64,000 nucleotides of DNA from Octopus bimaculoides. Taxonomy: Eukaryota. Under the pieces are notes generated by a model that searched no databases, was not told the DNA's origin, and saw only the letters and a list, made by a program, of their open reading frames with translations. Positions 1 to 53,829 of the stretch are shown piece after piece. The stretch is taken from positions 39,728,541 through 39,792,540 of the forward strand of contig NC_069001.1 of NCBI RefSeq assembly GCF_001194135.2. Reading direction: 5' to 3'. The translations under genes were made by a program, and so were the position numbers. Numbering within the stretch: the first letter of the stretch is position 1; each line of letters starts with the position of its first letter.

Positions 1-536
1 TGGTCAATGGCTGGAACACTTCTGCTCAATCAGGTTTGACCTGTGGCTAAACAACAACAGCTTACTTTCACATTTCTTTCACTTTGCTTTTCACAAATAT
101 TCAGCAGGACTACAAATACAAATTTCCAGTACATTAATTTATGATGATTGTATCTTGTGTCCCTTTCCTGAAACCCTCCATCTTACTAGTTTCCGGATAT
201 TTTTCTACATTTCCCATCTCCTATGACTGAATTGCAAGGTCTACTCTTCACCAACCCTCTTCACTGAAGATCCCTACCTTTTCTCAGATTTCATGGTATT
301 AACACTCTTGCTTCATACCTGCTAGTTATCTCTATAATCAAGTCATTCATTGGCCGCACACACAGTATCAAAACTTCTCATCTTCATACTGTTTCTTCAC
401 ACTTCAACAGATGTGTTCTTATGTTTTGTGTTCATTAGTTCAATAACACAGAAATTTCAAGCATCCATTTGTCTGTTGGTTGTGCTCTGAAATACAACTC
501 TGTTGACCAGGTAATACCTTGATTATAGTATCTACA

Positions 537-646
537 TTAATAATATCGTTGGTTAAACTGGGCTGCTGCAAGGTCAGTTTCTCCTCCTGGTATTTTTGAC
601 TCAGCATACAAAAACTGTTCATTTCCACAGCCCTCAAACAGATCAT
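537..646 (-). CDS. Candidate antisense exon (xDLFEGCGNEQFLYAESKIPGGETDLAAAQFNQRYY*), gene unidentified
   Basis: Strong minus-strand acceptor TTTCTGTTCTTTCTTTTTAAAG and coding-like composition; a second frame is also open to an AAG|GTATTA donor at 518. No homolog recognised. Confidence 0.3.
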
Positions 647-2830
647 CTTTAAAAAGAAAGAACAGAAACAGGCTTAGTATTAATGGATGACAAATTTCTA
701 TTGACCTGAAAGACTGACTTTACTGTATTTCTCATTAAAGTACTTTTACAACCATGTTTTAGTCGTGGTTTCCCATGTATATCGCCTTATCATTGCTGTG
801 GATGTTGTACCAGACCCCATTCAAAACTTAAATGAAATGCATGGCTATGACACATTCATCAAGATATATCTTCAGGTAATTGTGCCATGTCTTGATGACT
901 ATAAGATCTGTTGAGTTCTGTCATTTTCAAATGCTCGCTTTGCAGCAATAAGCTATGCAACTGTTTGTCAGCTGTTGATTCCATGATTCTCTAGACGCTG
1001 ATAAGAAATGACCTGGTCTGGGATTCTGTGTAGCAGCTACAGAGACAGTAGCAAGGAGCTATGAATGTTTATAGAAGTAGAAAAGTATAGATGCATAAAC
1101 ACACGGATCCACATACACACACACACACATACATACACATGCTTATACATCCAGCTTCTTGCAGTTTTCGCATATCAAATTCACTCACAAGGCTTTGGCT
1201 GACCCAGAACTATTGTAGAAGGCACTTAACGTTCTGTGCATTGGGATTGAACCCTAAATGACATGTTAGCAAAGCATGTTGCTGAGCAAGCTTCTTAACC
1301 ACACGGCCATGCCACACTTTTGTGTGTGTGTGTGTGATTTTTAGCATCAACTCCACTTTGATCATTAAATTATAAAAAGTATATGGACTGTTAAATGCCA
1401 ATTAACTATTCCAATTAATATAAGAATTCTGTGTGTGTGTGTGTGTGTGATTACTTTATCCAAATCCATACCCTTTCAATTCCATCATCTTCTCTCCATA
1501 TTCCCCAATCATCAGTCAACCTCGTGTTTTACATCAGTCTTCCTCCCCTGTTCATTCCTTATTGTCACTCAACCACCTCCTTAGTGGTCTTCTTTTATTA
1601 AGGCTTCACTCATGCATGTTCACTAAAGCCAGGCTGTTATGGTATTGTGCTAATGTGACCAAACTATTCCATTTCTCTGCCATCTAATTATCAAAATGGT
1701 TTTGTGGTTTGCTGTCTCCATTAGTTCATCGTTCAATATATATTTGTGTTATATCAATGTTAAGGAAGAAAGTCTTAAAACTTTTACATCCTTTCATTAC
1801 TAAACCTATTTAGATTTTATTTTAAAACTAAAAATATTGCTTAAATAAATTTCAAGTCAGAAATATGACTATTTTGACAACTGGTAAAACCCAAGTGGAA
1901 TAAACTGTAATTTTTAGGGATACACAAGAAAGAATTATTAAATATTTGTATAAAATAATAAAAATAGTTGAGAGTAAAAAAAAGGTTTAATATAACACAA
2001 CTTCTTTCTTTCTTTAAAACAACTTTTTTTGTCTCCAACAGAATAGCATGAAGACAATTTTTTTTAATCCTCATTAAAACTAGAAACTAAACTGAATTTC
2101 CCACGTAGAGAAAATAATAGTAGAATAATTGTAGATGCTGTGATGCTAAAGCATACCAAACATTGGTTTGATGTTGGAGAATCCTCTTATAGAAGACTAG
2201 ATTAGTTTCTAGACTGCTTATGGAAGCATGACTATGAAATGTTAGCTTTCTTCTAGATTGCCGTTACTAACCAAATGGAAAGAAATCAAAACATGATTTT
2301 TTTCCTCTTGTCCAATCAGAGCATGAAATTGTCCTTGTCATCATCATTGGTAGAGTTTTTATGGACGTTGTCTCTCTGACATTCCTGTTTTTATGTTTTC
2401 CCTTGATTTTTAAGTCAATTACTCACTATTTTACTTATAATCTATAAAAGACCACCTAATTTTGAAATATCTGCAAAACTAGTTTCCCTCAAAACTGGCT
2501 TCGAGGAGGGCAACAGACCACAAAAATTATGTCAAAACTATTTTACTGGAAAGTCTTTGGGATTTTGACATTTTATTTTGAGGCATTAATTAGTTCTGTG
2601 TTAATTACAGTAATGGCATCTGGTAACATACCACAATATTTGTGATACACATAAAATATTGAGTAATTGTGGAAGGGAAAAACAGCCAACTGAACTCTGT
2701 CACTGATCGTTAAAAGGCTCCATCCTTTAATATCATCAAGTTGATTGCACATTCCAGTCTTATTATATTAATGAGAATCTTTGCTTTATGTATTTATAGT
2801 ATATATGATACTTACTATGTATAGTTGCTT

Positions 2831-2887
<57 letters not shown>

Positions 2888-3644
2888 ATGTATATAATTG
2901 TTGTATGTAAATAGTTTACTCTAAACAAACATAAGTTATATAAAAATATAACACTTGTGATGGAATAAGATAACAATATGTTTGTCATAGAGTGAACTCT
3001 TTTTAAAGGCACCTTCAGGCCAGGTGGTGTTAACTCTCTTCTATACAGTTTTCATTTATCAAATCTCTTGTGCAAGGTTCGGGTTTGACCTGGGGCTTTG
3101 GTTAAAAGTTCCTTGCCCCAAATGCCAGCCAGTAGCACCAAACCTGGTACCTCACAAAGCAAACTTCTTAGCACTTCAGCTGTGTGTGTTTGTGTGTGCA
3201 CCAACACATATAAATATTGATATTGTGACATGTCTTGTATATCCTACAGTATTATCATAACAGAACAGATGTGGCCATGAAATACTAGATTACTACAGTG
3301 TAGTTGTTGTTGTTGTTGTTGTAGTAGTTGTTGTTTAACCCCAGGTTAGTCTTCATCAGGTGGAACTATGATCAAACATGTTCCAGCCTTGATCATCACT
3401 TGTTTTTTTTTTTTTTGGCGTGTATATATGTGTCCTTGTTTATTTAAGATGTTAGGGTGTAATTCGAATGAGATTTGGTTACTCTTTCTAGTGACTATAT
3501 GCAGTCTCCTAGTTGGCTACTGTTGTCTAAAACTTGAATGAGTTTAATGGAAATTTTCTCATTGAAATTTTATTAAAATTAAGGGAGGAAATCAGGCAGA
3601 AGATTGGTTCAAGTTTTATATACATTACATACATAGTATGTACT

Positions 3645-3675
<31 letters not shown>

Positions 3676-4974
3676 ATATATATATATATATATATATAAA
3701 TACGCACACACACACACAAAGCAAACAGTGACTCGATCTTGTTGACCTCTGTCACATTGCTATTCACTTCTGGGATATTTTAGAGGAATATTTCAGCTCG
3801 TTCCAATACTTCTCAACTGATTTATTATATTGATCTCAGCTGTATTTGAACTGAGAACATAAAATACTGCAACTAAATAATGCCAATCTACTGCCATATT
3901 ACCATTTATGGTTCCTTAGTAAACAGAATTATATTTAGAGCTTCCTGCAAGAATTATGTTGAGTATTTAATTCTAGAATTTATTTCCTACCAGAGCATAA
4001 CTATAAATGAGCCTTCAAAAAATATATTTGATGTTCCAGGTTTAAGGTGTGGGGTAGGGTGCATGTACTGTCCTTTTACTAGTTTCAGCCTTAGGACTGG
4101 GGTCATGTTGGTAGGCTTTGGACAGTTTTTATAAATTTCAATTCATCTCATAAAAAAAAAAAAAATTAAATTTGTTAAACAAAGATCTGGAATGTGCAAC
4201 AATTAGTGTATCTTCGTTTAATTGTATATTTGTTCTCCTTGATAATTAGTTCCCTCATTTCCTCGCCGCCATTAACCGATTCAATGTAACCTACCGAACA
4301 GTGATCCTTTTTGTTAAAGCTCTTGACCAAAAAGCAGAACCCGTAAAAGGCTTTAAGCATTTCTCTTCTTTTGCTGGTTTCCCCCTCTTCATCTCCTCCT
4401 CATCCTCCTCCCACCTCTCTTTCAGCTTTTTCAGTGATTTTTGCTTAATCAATATTTTCTTGATTTTGTTAAATGTTCATTTGTAAATGTATTTCCTTGT
4501 TTTTTGCTAAAATGTCACAAACTCAAAAGTGAATTGTCAAAATCATTAAAGAATTTAACCTGTAAATATTGACTTTTACATTTTTCTGGTTTGTCTTTTT
4601 TTCTTTTTCTTTTTTTTTTTTGCCTTCAAAATATTTATAAAATCTGACTTTTTTAGAATGTCGTCTTTACAGAATTTAGCTTCAGTTAATATTTGATATT
4701 TTCTGGACTTAGTCTTATTTCTGTTGAGGCTTTCGGCTTCATTCACCCTTACATTAACATATTCTTATATCTTTTTATCTTTAGACTGCGGCCATGCTGG
4801 GGCACTGCCTTGAAGGATTTTAGTCAAATGAATCAACCCCAGTACATTTTGTTTTCTTTAAATCCTGGGACTTATTCTATCGGTCTCTTTTGCCGAACTG
4901 CTAAGTTATGGGGGACATAAAACACACCAATACTGGTTGTCGAGTTGTGAATGGAGGGCATATATATATGTATT

Positions 4975-5019
<45 letters not shown>

Positions 5020-5116
5020 CTTACAATGAAAGTAAGCTAACAAAGTTTACTTTAGAAGCATTGAGATATATATACATATATATATATATACGTATATATG
5101 ATAGGCTTATTTTAAT

Positions 5117-5252
5117 TTCCATCCACCAAATCCACTCACAAGGCTTTGGTTGGCCTGGAGCTATAGAAGACAACACTTTCCCAAGGTGCCACATAGTGGA
5201 ACTGAACCCCATACCATGTGGTCGGAAAGCAAACTTCCTACCACACTGCCAT
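5117..5252 (-). mobile_element. tRNA-headed SINE, family 1 (representative; similar copies near 1155-1312 -, 11415-11580 +, 23517-23665 +, 24325-24445 +, 45125-45275 +, 62085-62200 +)
   Basis: Shared core GGTTCA(G/A)TCCCACT..GGCACCTTGGG..CTATAGC..CCAAAGCCTTGTGAGTGGATTTGGT recurs across the window with a box B-like head. Boundaries approximate. Confidence 0.7.
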
Positions 5253-6271
5253 CTATGCTAATGAGTTTTTTTTTTATCTTTTTAAATATATTTTTTAAAT
5301 AGTCAAGAATTCGGGAGAGTTTAGAAAAGCAGTTGACTTTTTGAGTGTTAAATTAGTGTTTGGGTCTTAGATAAAAGTTTGAGGAAGGTTTTAGTTTAAA
5401 TGTGGAAATCTATTAAAACCAGGTTCAATCTCAGACAGGTTGGTACTAACAAGATTAAATATTTAGCTCCAGCTGTGTTTGACAATATAAAATGTTGTCA
5501 TTGCTCTTGCTATGTTAACAATTTGTAATTGTTGTTCTTGCTACATTTTCAATCAACTTCTGCATAAAATTCTTGCCAAGATACAAACCAGCCTGCTACT
5601 CCAAGCTCCTCAGTAAAACACTATCCTAACTTGAATAAAATGCAAACAAAAGCAACATTAGCCATCGGCAGTGCTACTATTTATACAATTAATTCAATCA
5701 CTTCTGAGTTGATTCAATCCATTTCTAAGTTAAGGGTAAAAATAAAGCAACCCTGCAAAACACAACCGTTCTTGACACACAGAACGACAGCAATCAAATA
5801 ATGACAGCGGAGTGCACAACAAACATCAGCAATCTGACTGTTGCCTGTATTCTTGACAAGAAATACCAGTTAGTCTTTTACACCTACTAGGTTCGTTCAT
5901 ATTAGCCTGAGTTGCAGGATAATTTTTCATTTCTTTTTTTAATTTTTACGATTATAGGTAACAACTTTAGTTGTAACTTCTGAGTCTGAGTCAGGCGCAT
6001 CTGAACAATCCCGACAGAACGTCTGCTACAAATAATATTTTTTGACGTAGGGCACCTCTAAGACAACCGCCAGACACTGAACGAAAATGAATGAACTGCT
6101 ACCAGGCTCAATAAAAGGAGTCCGAGTTATTGGCTGCAATTACATACTTGAAGTCCAGTGTTGGTAGAAATTAAATCAGATTGCAAATACACGTTCACTT
6201 TACTAAATTTATATTCGGGCTAAGCCTGAGCAGCCTGAGTGCTGGAGTCGCCACAGATATATATGTGCATA

Positions 6272-6313
<42 letters not shown>

Positions 6314-6803
6314 CATGTGTGTATATATACATATGTATGTTTGTTTACATATGCACACATATTCTGTCTTTCTCTCTCCTGCAGCCTCTCCTTACCCACA
6401 TTCCCTGCTTTCATGTCCCCACTCACTTCATACCTTGAAGGACCACCCTCACACTTCATCACCACCATTTTCATCTCTTTCCAGCTTCAGCCCACTCATT
6501 CCTCCCTCTCCACCCAGCTCTTCTTTCTATAGCAAGAAGCCTAATCCAGCTCCTTTTCTCTCGCTCCAACCCCCCATCCCCTACTACTGTACAACCACCC
6601 ACTTGAAGGGGATCTTATTCTTACATGCTGCATGGTCACCTCACCGGTGCTGGTGTCACATAAAAGCACCACTTTGTAAAGTGGTTGGCATTAGGAAGGA
6701 CATCCAGCCACAGAAGCCAGGCCAAAGCTAGCATTGGGGCTCAAGGAAGTTCTCAAACCTGTTAGCTCCTGTCAAACTGTTCATGTCCCCTGCTGGTATG
6801 TGC

Positions 6804-6847
<44 letters not shown>

Positions 6848-7516
6848 AACTGTATGGTGGCCTCAATTGTGCTGGTAGTATGGTAAAAGCCCCCAACACT
6901 TGTTGAGTACAGTAAGCCTTAGGAAGGACATCCAGCCATAGAAACTTTGGCAAACCAGATACTGGAGCATTACATATTACTAGAACACATCGGATCCTGT
7001 CAAACCATCCAATCCATGCCATCTTGGAAGATGGACATTAAATGGTGATGATGTATGTATATACATGCATGTGTGTGTGTATACAGTAATCCCTCACCAT
7101 ATCGTGGTTCATCTATCACGGCTTATTATATAAGCTTATGTTGATTCCTCTGTGATGTTGCTTTGCATTTATAATGAAATAAATATATATAAATTATAAA
7201 AATAATACAAAAATATACAGTACAGTATTGTTTCTACTTCACAGATTTTCACCTATCACAGGGTGTTTGGGAACGTAACACCCACGATAGTCGAGAGATT
7301 ACTGTATAAGTAAATACATGTATTTATGTGTATATAGATATATATTTATATGCATGTATATACGAGTGTGTGTGTGTGTATGTTTCTCTAGAGCTTACCA
7401 ACAAAATGAAAACGAAAATGGATTTAACTAGTGTTCTATCTCATTTTGTTTGGAAAATTCAGTGAATCTTTAGATCTGTTTATAAATAATACCATTAACT
7501 TATTCCCCTTTCTTTC

Positions 7517-7594
<78 letters not shown>

Positions 7595-7834
7595 ATCATC
7601 ATCTTTAACATGCTTTTTCTAAGCTGGTGTAGGTTGGATGGTTTGTAGACAGTGTTATGCTGCTCCAATGTTGATTTTGGTTTCTGTGACTGGATGCCCT
7701 TCCTAACTGCAACCCAAAGCTGTTGTAAAAGGCACCTACACATCATAGAACACGGTGGAACAAACTTGAAACCATGTTTGCAAAATTAACTTCTTAACTG
7801 CATGGCCGTACTTGCTCCTGTGTGTGTGTGTGTA

Positions 7835-7878
<44 letters not shown>

Positions 7879-8269
7879 CACACACACAAGCACATACATA
7901 CACACTCATACACAGAATATATTTCCATTGATGTATATTTAAATACATATGTTCATATAGGTATTACATATACAGATGTGTATGTATTAAAAAAGTGACT
8001 TATTGTCCCCAAAATGGGGGCTAAAAATTTAAGCTAATTTTTTGATAGCAAAGTCGATTTTCTTTTTTTTTATTGTAAATTTCTTAATTTAATCTTTTGT
8101 GTGCCTTTTAGAAAACGTCCAACAGTTTTCAGATTGTGAAATATTTCTGTTTCATAAATGTATTCCCATGTTTGTAGATATTGAACTAATGGATTGACTT
8201 GGGTTGAATTGGTTTACACTTTTCAAGTAATTCAATCTTGTCTGTTGTTTTTTTTTTTTTTCTTAACAG

Positions 8270-47857
<39,588 letters not shown>

Positions 47858-48367
47858 GTAAGTAATAAAAAAAAAACTACATCCAGAATTTTTTATTATT
47901 TTGTTATTAAAGAGTTGTCTTCTTTTTTAAATTTCAAAAGTGATAAATTATGTCCTGATAAAATATAAACAAGCCTTTTAGGACAGTTTTAATGAGTTCC
48001 TTGTTGTGAATCTAATGAGAGAACCGTTTCTAGTTTTATTTGCTTTATTTCAGAATTATATAAACTGTTGATTTTGAAAATTAAAATACATTTTTGTTCT
48101 GGATATTTGTGCTATATTCAACGTAGTATATTTCTTTTACACACATATGTACATGCAAACATGCATGTGTGTGTATTGTACATGTTCTGTTTTGAGTTTT
48201 TTCTTTTCAATTTCATATCTTGTTTTGTACATTTCTTTAAAAGCAAACTCTTAAGACTTTAGCTGTTCCCTTACCATTGTTCTTGTTAATTGTCCCCTTA
48301 TCTCATTAGTGGCCCTTTTACTTTGCTAGTTGACACACACCTGTCAAAGTGTTGTACTTTTTTGCAG

Positions 48368-48382
48368 GAGAAAAAAGAAGAG
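48368..48382 (+). CDS. cac: Candidate 15-nt microexon after the IQ exon (EKKEE)
   Basis: TACTTTTTTGCAG acceptor, GAG|GTCAGT donor, phase 0-0, matching the upstream exon. Confidence 0.5.
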
Positions 48383-49876
48383 GTCAGTACTTCTTAGCAT
48401 GAAAGTGTGCAAAACTTTACTTTCACTGATATTGCACATCTTCAAATGTTCTTGTCTTCAAAGTGTTCCGATACAGAGCATACCAGTTCTAAAGCTAAGG
48501 AATAGACCTAGCACTGCCTAGATTGACAACAGACATCAACTCAACCAGATGCTATTTCAGTTAAATTAGCCAATTAAAAATGCATAAAGAAAAACTGTTA
48601 AATTTCTAAATAGTTCTACTATGAAGTGTTTAAAAGTGTCATCATACATTTGTAATCTGATCACTGATGCAGTTTTACTGTATTAAGGTTTCAACTATGA
48701 GTGACACCTTTCGCTTCATATAAAACACTTACCTTATTTACAAATTATAGTAAAAATATGTGAAGATAATTAGAACAAAATAGAAATTCTACCTAGGGAC
48801 ATGTTTTGTAGGAAAGCCAAATTATTAGGTCTGTATTTAATGTCATGAGCCTTGATATTGCAATTGATTAAAATTACATCCATGGTGAGGAAAATGACTA
48901 ATTAACCTAATGAATGACTCTTGCTAATAAATGCAGGGGAGACAACCGTGATATACTAAATTTTTAAAATTAATATACAAATGATCTAATAATGATAAAA
49001 ATGATAATTATAAATCAATTATTAAAATAAAACAATTTCATTCTGCAATCAAGATGCATCTCATCTCATCACACTAGGAATATTTGTCCTCCACTAGCAT
49101 TGCTGGAACCTCAGTTTTGTGATGTGTGTCTCTGCCAACAAATAATATCTGGTGTATTGTGGTGTCCAGTACAATATTAGTGGTCAGCAAAGCTGATTCT
49201 AAGTTGAGCAACAATTTTAGAGCTAGGTGGAATGTGTCCATAAATCTCCATTTTGGTCATGGGCTCAAGCCACGAGAAGTCTTGTGTACGATTTTATCAC
49301 TTGTCTTACCAAGATTTTATCCTAAATCTCAGATTATAATTCTGCTTACCACTATGTTAGTAAGTTAGCTTGTGTGTTGGGTAGTTTTTTGCAACTTAAT
49401 GTTTTGAGTTCAAATCCTGCCGAGGCCAGTGTTGCTTTCCATCTTTCTGGAGTTGATAAAATAAAGTACCAGTTGAGCAATGAGGTTGATGTAAATTATC
49501 GAACCCTCTCTACTGAAATTTGAGCAAAAATACTGGCCTTTGGGTGGTTTTCTGCTAGTTTATTTAGTTGGTAAATTAATGATAATCAGTGATCAATAAT
49601 TGATTTGGTTATAATCTGTGGGTATTATCAATAATATACATCAACCAGAATATTTAATCTTATAATCTGAAGAAGTTCAGGGTGTTGGATGTGAGTATGA
49701 AGACACTGAGTCTTGAATACGTTAATTGGTTTGTCATAAATGATTTTATTGCTATGATAATGTCATTAATTAATTATAATAAAGATTATGATGATGATAT
49801 CGACAATAATTCTTTAACTAAATATCACACCAATTCAGTATTGAAGCTGTTTCCTTGCCTAGAGGTTAATGAGGGA

Positions 49877-49921
<45 letters not shown>

Positions 49922-49980
49922 CAATACGGAGCAAATAATTCACGACAAGAAACAATTCGTAAAAAAAGTCAGTGAAATAG

Positions 49981-50080
49981 GGGTTAGGGTTAGGGAGCAA
50001 TGTGGGTCTGTCGATACATATTTTGATTAAGGGTTAGGGTTAGGGAACAATGTGGGTCTGTCGATATTTTGATTAAGGCT
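49981..50080. repeat. About 50-bp tandem duplication whose unit starts with TTAGGG repeats
   Basis: GGGTTAGGGTTAGGGA(G/A)CAATGTGGGTCTGTCGAT..TTTTGATTAA occurs twice. Confidence 0.8.
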
Positions 50081-50252
50081 TTGCATAGTTTGAAGTAAAT
50101 TCAGGAAGTAACAAACTTTTATTATTTTAATATATTTTTATATTTCTGAATATTGCCTTCATGTAGAATATATTCAAATCAGGATTCAAAGAACTTATGT
50201 TTAGCTAGTCTCATATTCTAGAAATACCTATGTTACATGGCTAGCAGTGTCA

Positions 50253-50289
<37 letters not shown>

Positions 50290-53200
50290 CTGTCAGTCTA
50301 CTTTTGCTGATAAATTCACTTATTTACAACATTAACATATTTAATGAAGTGAACCAAAAAGAATTTTTAACCATACAAATTGCTCCTGGAATGAGGAGGA
50401 AAGCCATTTGCAGCAATGACAGTTCTTGTTAAGAAAGGCAATGGAGAAAAATAGGAAATATAAATTGATTAAAAATGAAATAGAATTATGTAGTGGAGAA
50501 GTGAACTTGATCCTCAGTGATGTAGGATAACTTCAGGCATGTTTTGCTCTAATTAGACCTTATCAGCAAACTCTGCCTGATTCGAACTTATGAGATTCTA
50601 GACTTTGAGAGAATCAAGATTTTGTGTGAAAATAATTTTTTGATTTAGCTAATTAAAATGACATTAACAATGGTAATTTACACTTCTCTACAAATATACA
50701 TTAATTAAAACTGTGATTTAAATACTTTAAACTTAATTTACTGTTAATTTTTCCCATATCTATATTTGACGTTCTCACACTGAACCTAACAATATTCTAC
50801 AATAATAGATTGTGTTAAACTATTTCAAATTTATTCCATCTGGTATGCTCTCTCTCTCTCTTTTATTTTTACTTTACATTTTTCCATCTTTATATTATTT
50901 ATATTATTTTTACCTAATTTGTTCTTTAATTACGAGTGCATGTTTTCACCCAAGTCCTCACTGTTTATAGGTTAAACATAAGTCTTTCTCTGCTTTCGTA
51001 TCAGTATAGTCTGTGAAATTTGTTTGCCTGTAAATTGCTCAAGCTCTGCTTGGCACCAGTTGACTGCCATTGTTCAAAGGCTGCAGCACACCAGTTCACA
51101 GTAAACACCACATTCAGTTGTTTATGTTATTAGAATAATAACTAAAAATCTTCTATTTTTAATTTGTTTTTAATTATTTCCACATTGCTTTTCTTGTTGA
51201 AATCTGTCACTGAAACCACTTCAAATAGCCATGTTAGATAGACAGCAACACAGCAATTTTTAAAATATTTTATTTAATTCTAGCTACTTAAATAATATTT
51301 TTCTTTCCTTTTTCTTTCCTTTTTCTTTCTTTCTTTCTTCTTAATGCAGTAAATGTGCAATTAAAACAACACTTTCATTGCTTGTTAAAGTTGAGCTTCA
51401 CATTTTGATGTGTAAATGTTGATTTTTTTTTTATTCCTTTGGTCTATTTTGATTTAAAATTTCCACCAATAATCAATCACGCTTTTTTGTTTGGTAATAA
51501 CAACTTACCAAAAAGATTGTCTTTGTGTATCTTATTTTGTATTCACTTCAATGTTTCTTTACAATTATGTTTCATATGAATACAAAGGAAAGCTTTCATC
51601 TAATTATAACAATTTTGTGTGCATATGTGTGTTCATATATATACTTGTATGTATCTACATACCTGTCTCTTTATCTATTTCTTGTATATGTTTATGTGTG
51701 TATGTATATGAGTGCATACATATACATACTATGTGTATACACACACTCCATACATACATACTGATTCATTCATGTAAGTTTTTATAATAGAATATTTCAA
51801 ATATGGCTATCTATCTTAATTAAAATATTGTATATCATATCTTTAGTGTTCAAAAAGTTTTCAATATTTAAATTTTAAAAGACTTAATCAGTATTTTGAT
51901 AGTTTCGAGAATAGAATGATTATATTTCTTCCTTAAACATTAATATTTTAGATATATCTTCAGTGTGCCTAGAATCAATGTTAACTAATGGTAAAATCTG
52001 TAATAAAACTAAATAAACTGTAAGGGTCTGCAAGAGCAGTAATGGTGATCAAAGCCAAAATAGTGGATGTCAAAACCTTTGGTTTCTGTGAAAAAAATCT
52101 CTTGACAATGAGCCAAGTTACTGACATTCAGAAATCCTCTTGGATTTTGGAAATAATGTTTATTTGAATTTTGTTTCAAGCACACAATCATGTATGGAAT
52201 AAATTTTGAAAATGACAAAATCTTTTTTAATTGCTGTTTTCAAGAATTTGCACACTTTATTTTCTTAAATATGTATTGTAACATTTTTATAGATTAAATA
52301 TATCTATTATGATACATATTGATATATACTTCTCTAAGACTGTATATATATATATATATGGTCATTAACAGAAAAAACATGGGAATTCAATGATGTTCAA
52401 AATTTAACCAAATCTGTATTTTTTACTGATAATTTGAAAATGTATGCAATTTTGTAAATTAGAATGTGTGTTTGTGTGTGTGTAGGAAGAGGAAGGGATA
52501 CATTTAATAATATTGTACACAAAGACAGACAGAGAGAAAGAGAGAGGAATAAGTGGATATGTTGTGATAGGATGGTTGAAATGGTAACTCATTGCAGATG
52601 GCTCCTGTTCAAGACCTGTAATTAAGACTGGTCTCTTACCAATGAGGTTAACACTAATTATTAATTTACATTCCATGGTTCAGTGGTTAACACATCAGAT
52701 AACCATCAATGTATAGATTGAAATTTAAAGACCTATATATTCATATTATACATACATGCACACTTGCACAAATGTTAACCACAGATGAGAGAGAGTATGG
52801 GTGTATATGCATATATGTGTGAGTATGTGAGCTTGATGCAACCTTGTGGCTTGCTGGATCCTGTTAAACTGTTCAATCCATGGTAAATGGATATTAAATG
52901 ATGATAAATATATGCATGTATACAAACATAGTATCACCTAACAGTCTGGATGTTTTGCGTTCTTGTCCCATTTTGTATTATATATATATATATATATATA
53001 TATACCAAAACATACATACAACCATACATGAGATGTACTTGTGACACAAAATAAGTCGAATTTCATAAATGAAATATTAAATACACATTTTAGGTGCATT
53101 ATATTTTATACACACAAGTTAAAGTGTGTTTGTATGTTAGTTCAAACTTTGGTTATTTCTTTTTACAAATGAATATTTTATTTCTTACTACACAAATTAT

Positions 53201-53829
53201 TCCTCTGTCATATAAAAGTCTGTCTTTGAAATCTTCTGACTGGTTGTTCTTATTAGTCTACGATATTATCTAACATTCACTTGTATTTTCTATTGGAATT
53301 CTGAGTTTATATTCCTGATAAGTTGAATGAACTTAGGGCATAAGTTATAGAAAGTTGACTTCTATTTATATACAGTAATGAATATTCTGTAATATATACA
53401 CATAACCACACAAACAATGAAGTACACATACCTATGGCTTTGTGCATTTGAATAATATAATCAGTAGTAAACATTTAAATTTGATGTTTTAAATATTTTC
53501 CTTATAATCATATTTAACTGCAACTAATTACCATTCATATTTGTTTTATTATTTTAACTTTTAATTTTTATTTCTTTATGATTTTCTTCTCCTTTTAAAT
53601 TATTTCACATCTGGTGATAGTCCAGGCTCTTGCATGACAAGAGAACACTATGCATCTGGTGAAACTTCCTTGAAATCCCCAAGATAGAATTTGAGTATGT
53701 TTCAACAAGTCAATATTAGCTGAGGTATTTTTTTTAAATTTAAGATTAAGATATGACAGCAAATAGAATGGAGTTTCTATATAATACAGGGACGATAACA
53801 CTTTGATCCCTTGAATACCTGTATCTATT

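Noticed and set aside
180-1060. Faint RT-like peptides near the left edge
   Set aside because: Too degenerate to assign a family by eye.
50970-51105. Possible post-IQ exons (VKHKSFSAF; LCLAPVDCHCSKAAAHQFT; SAWHQLTAIVQRLQ)
   Set aside because: Several competing weak sites and no recognisable Cav2 motif; cannot be chosen without transcripts.
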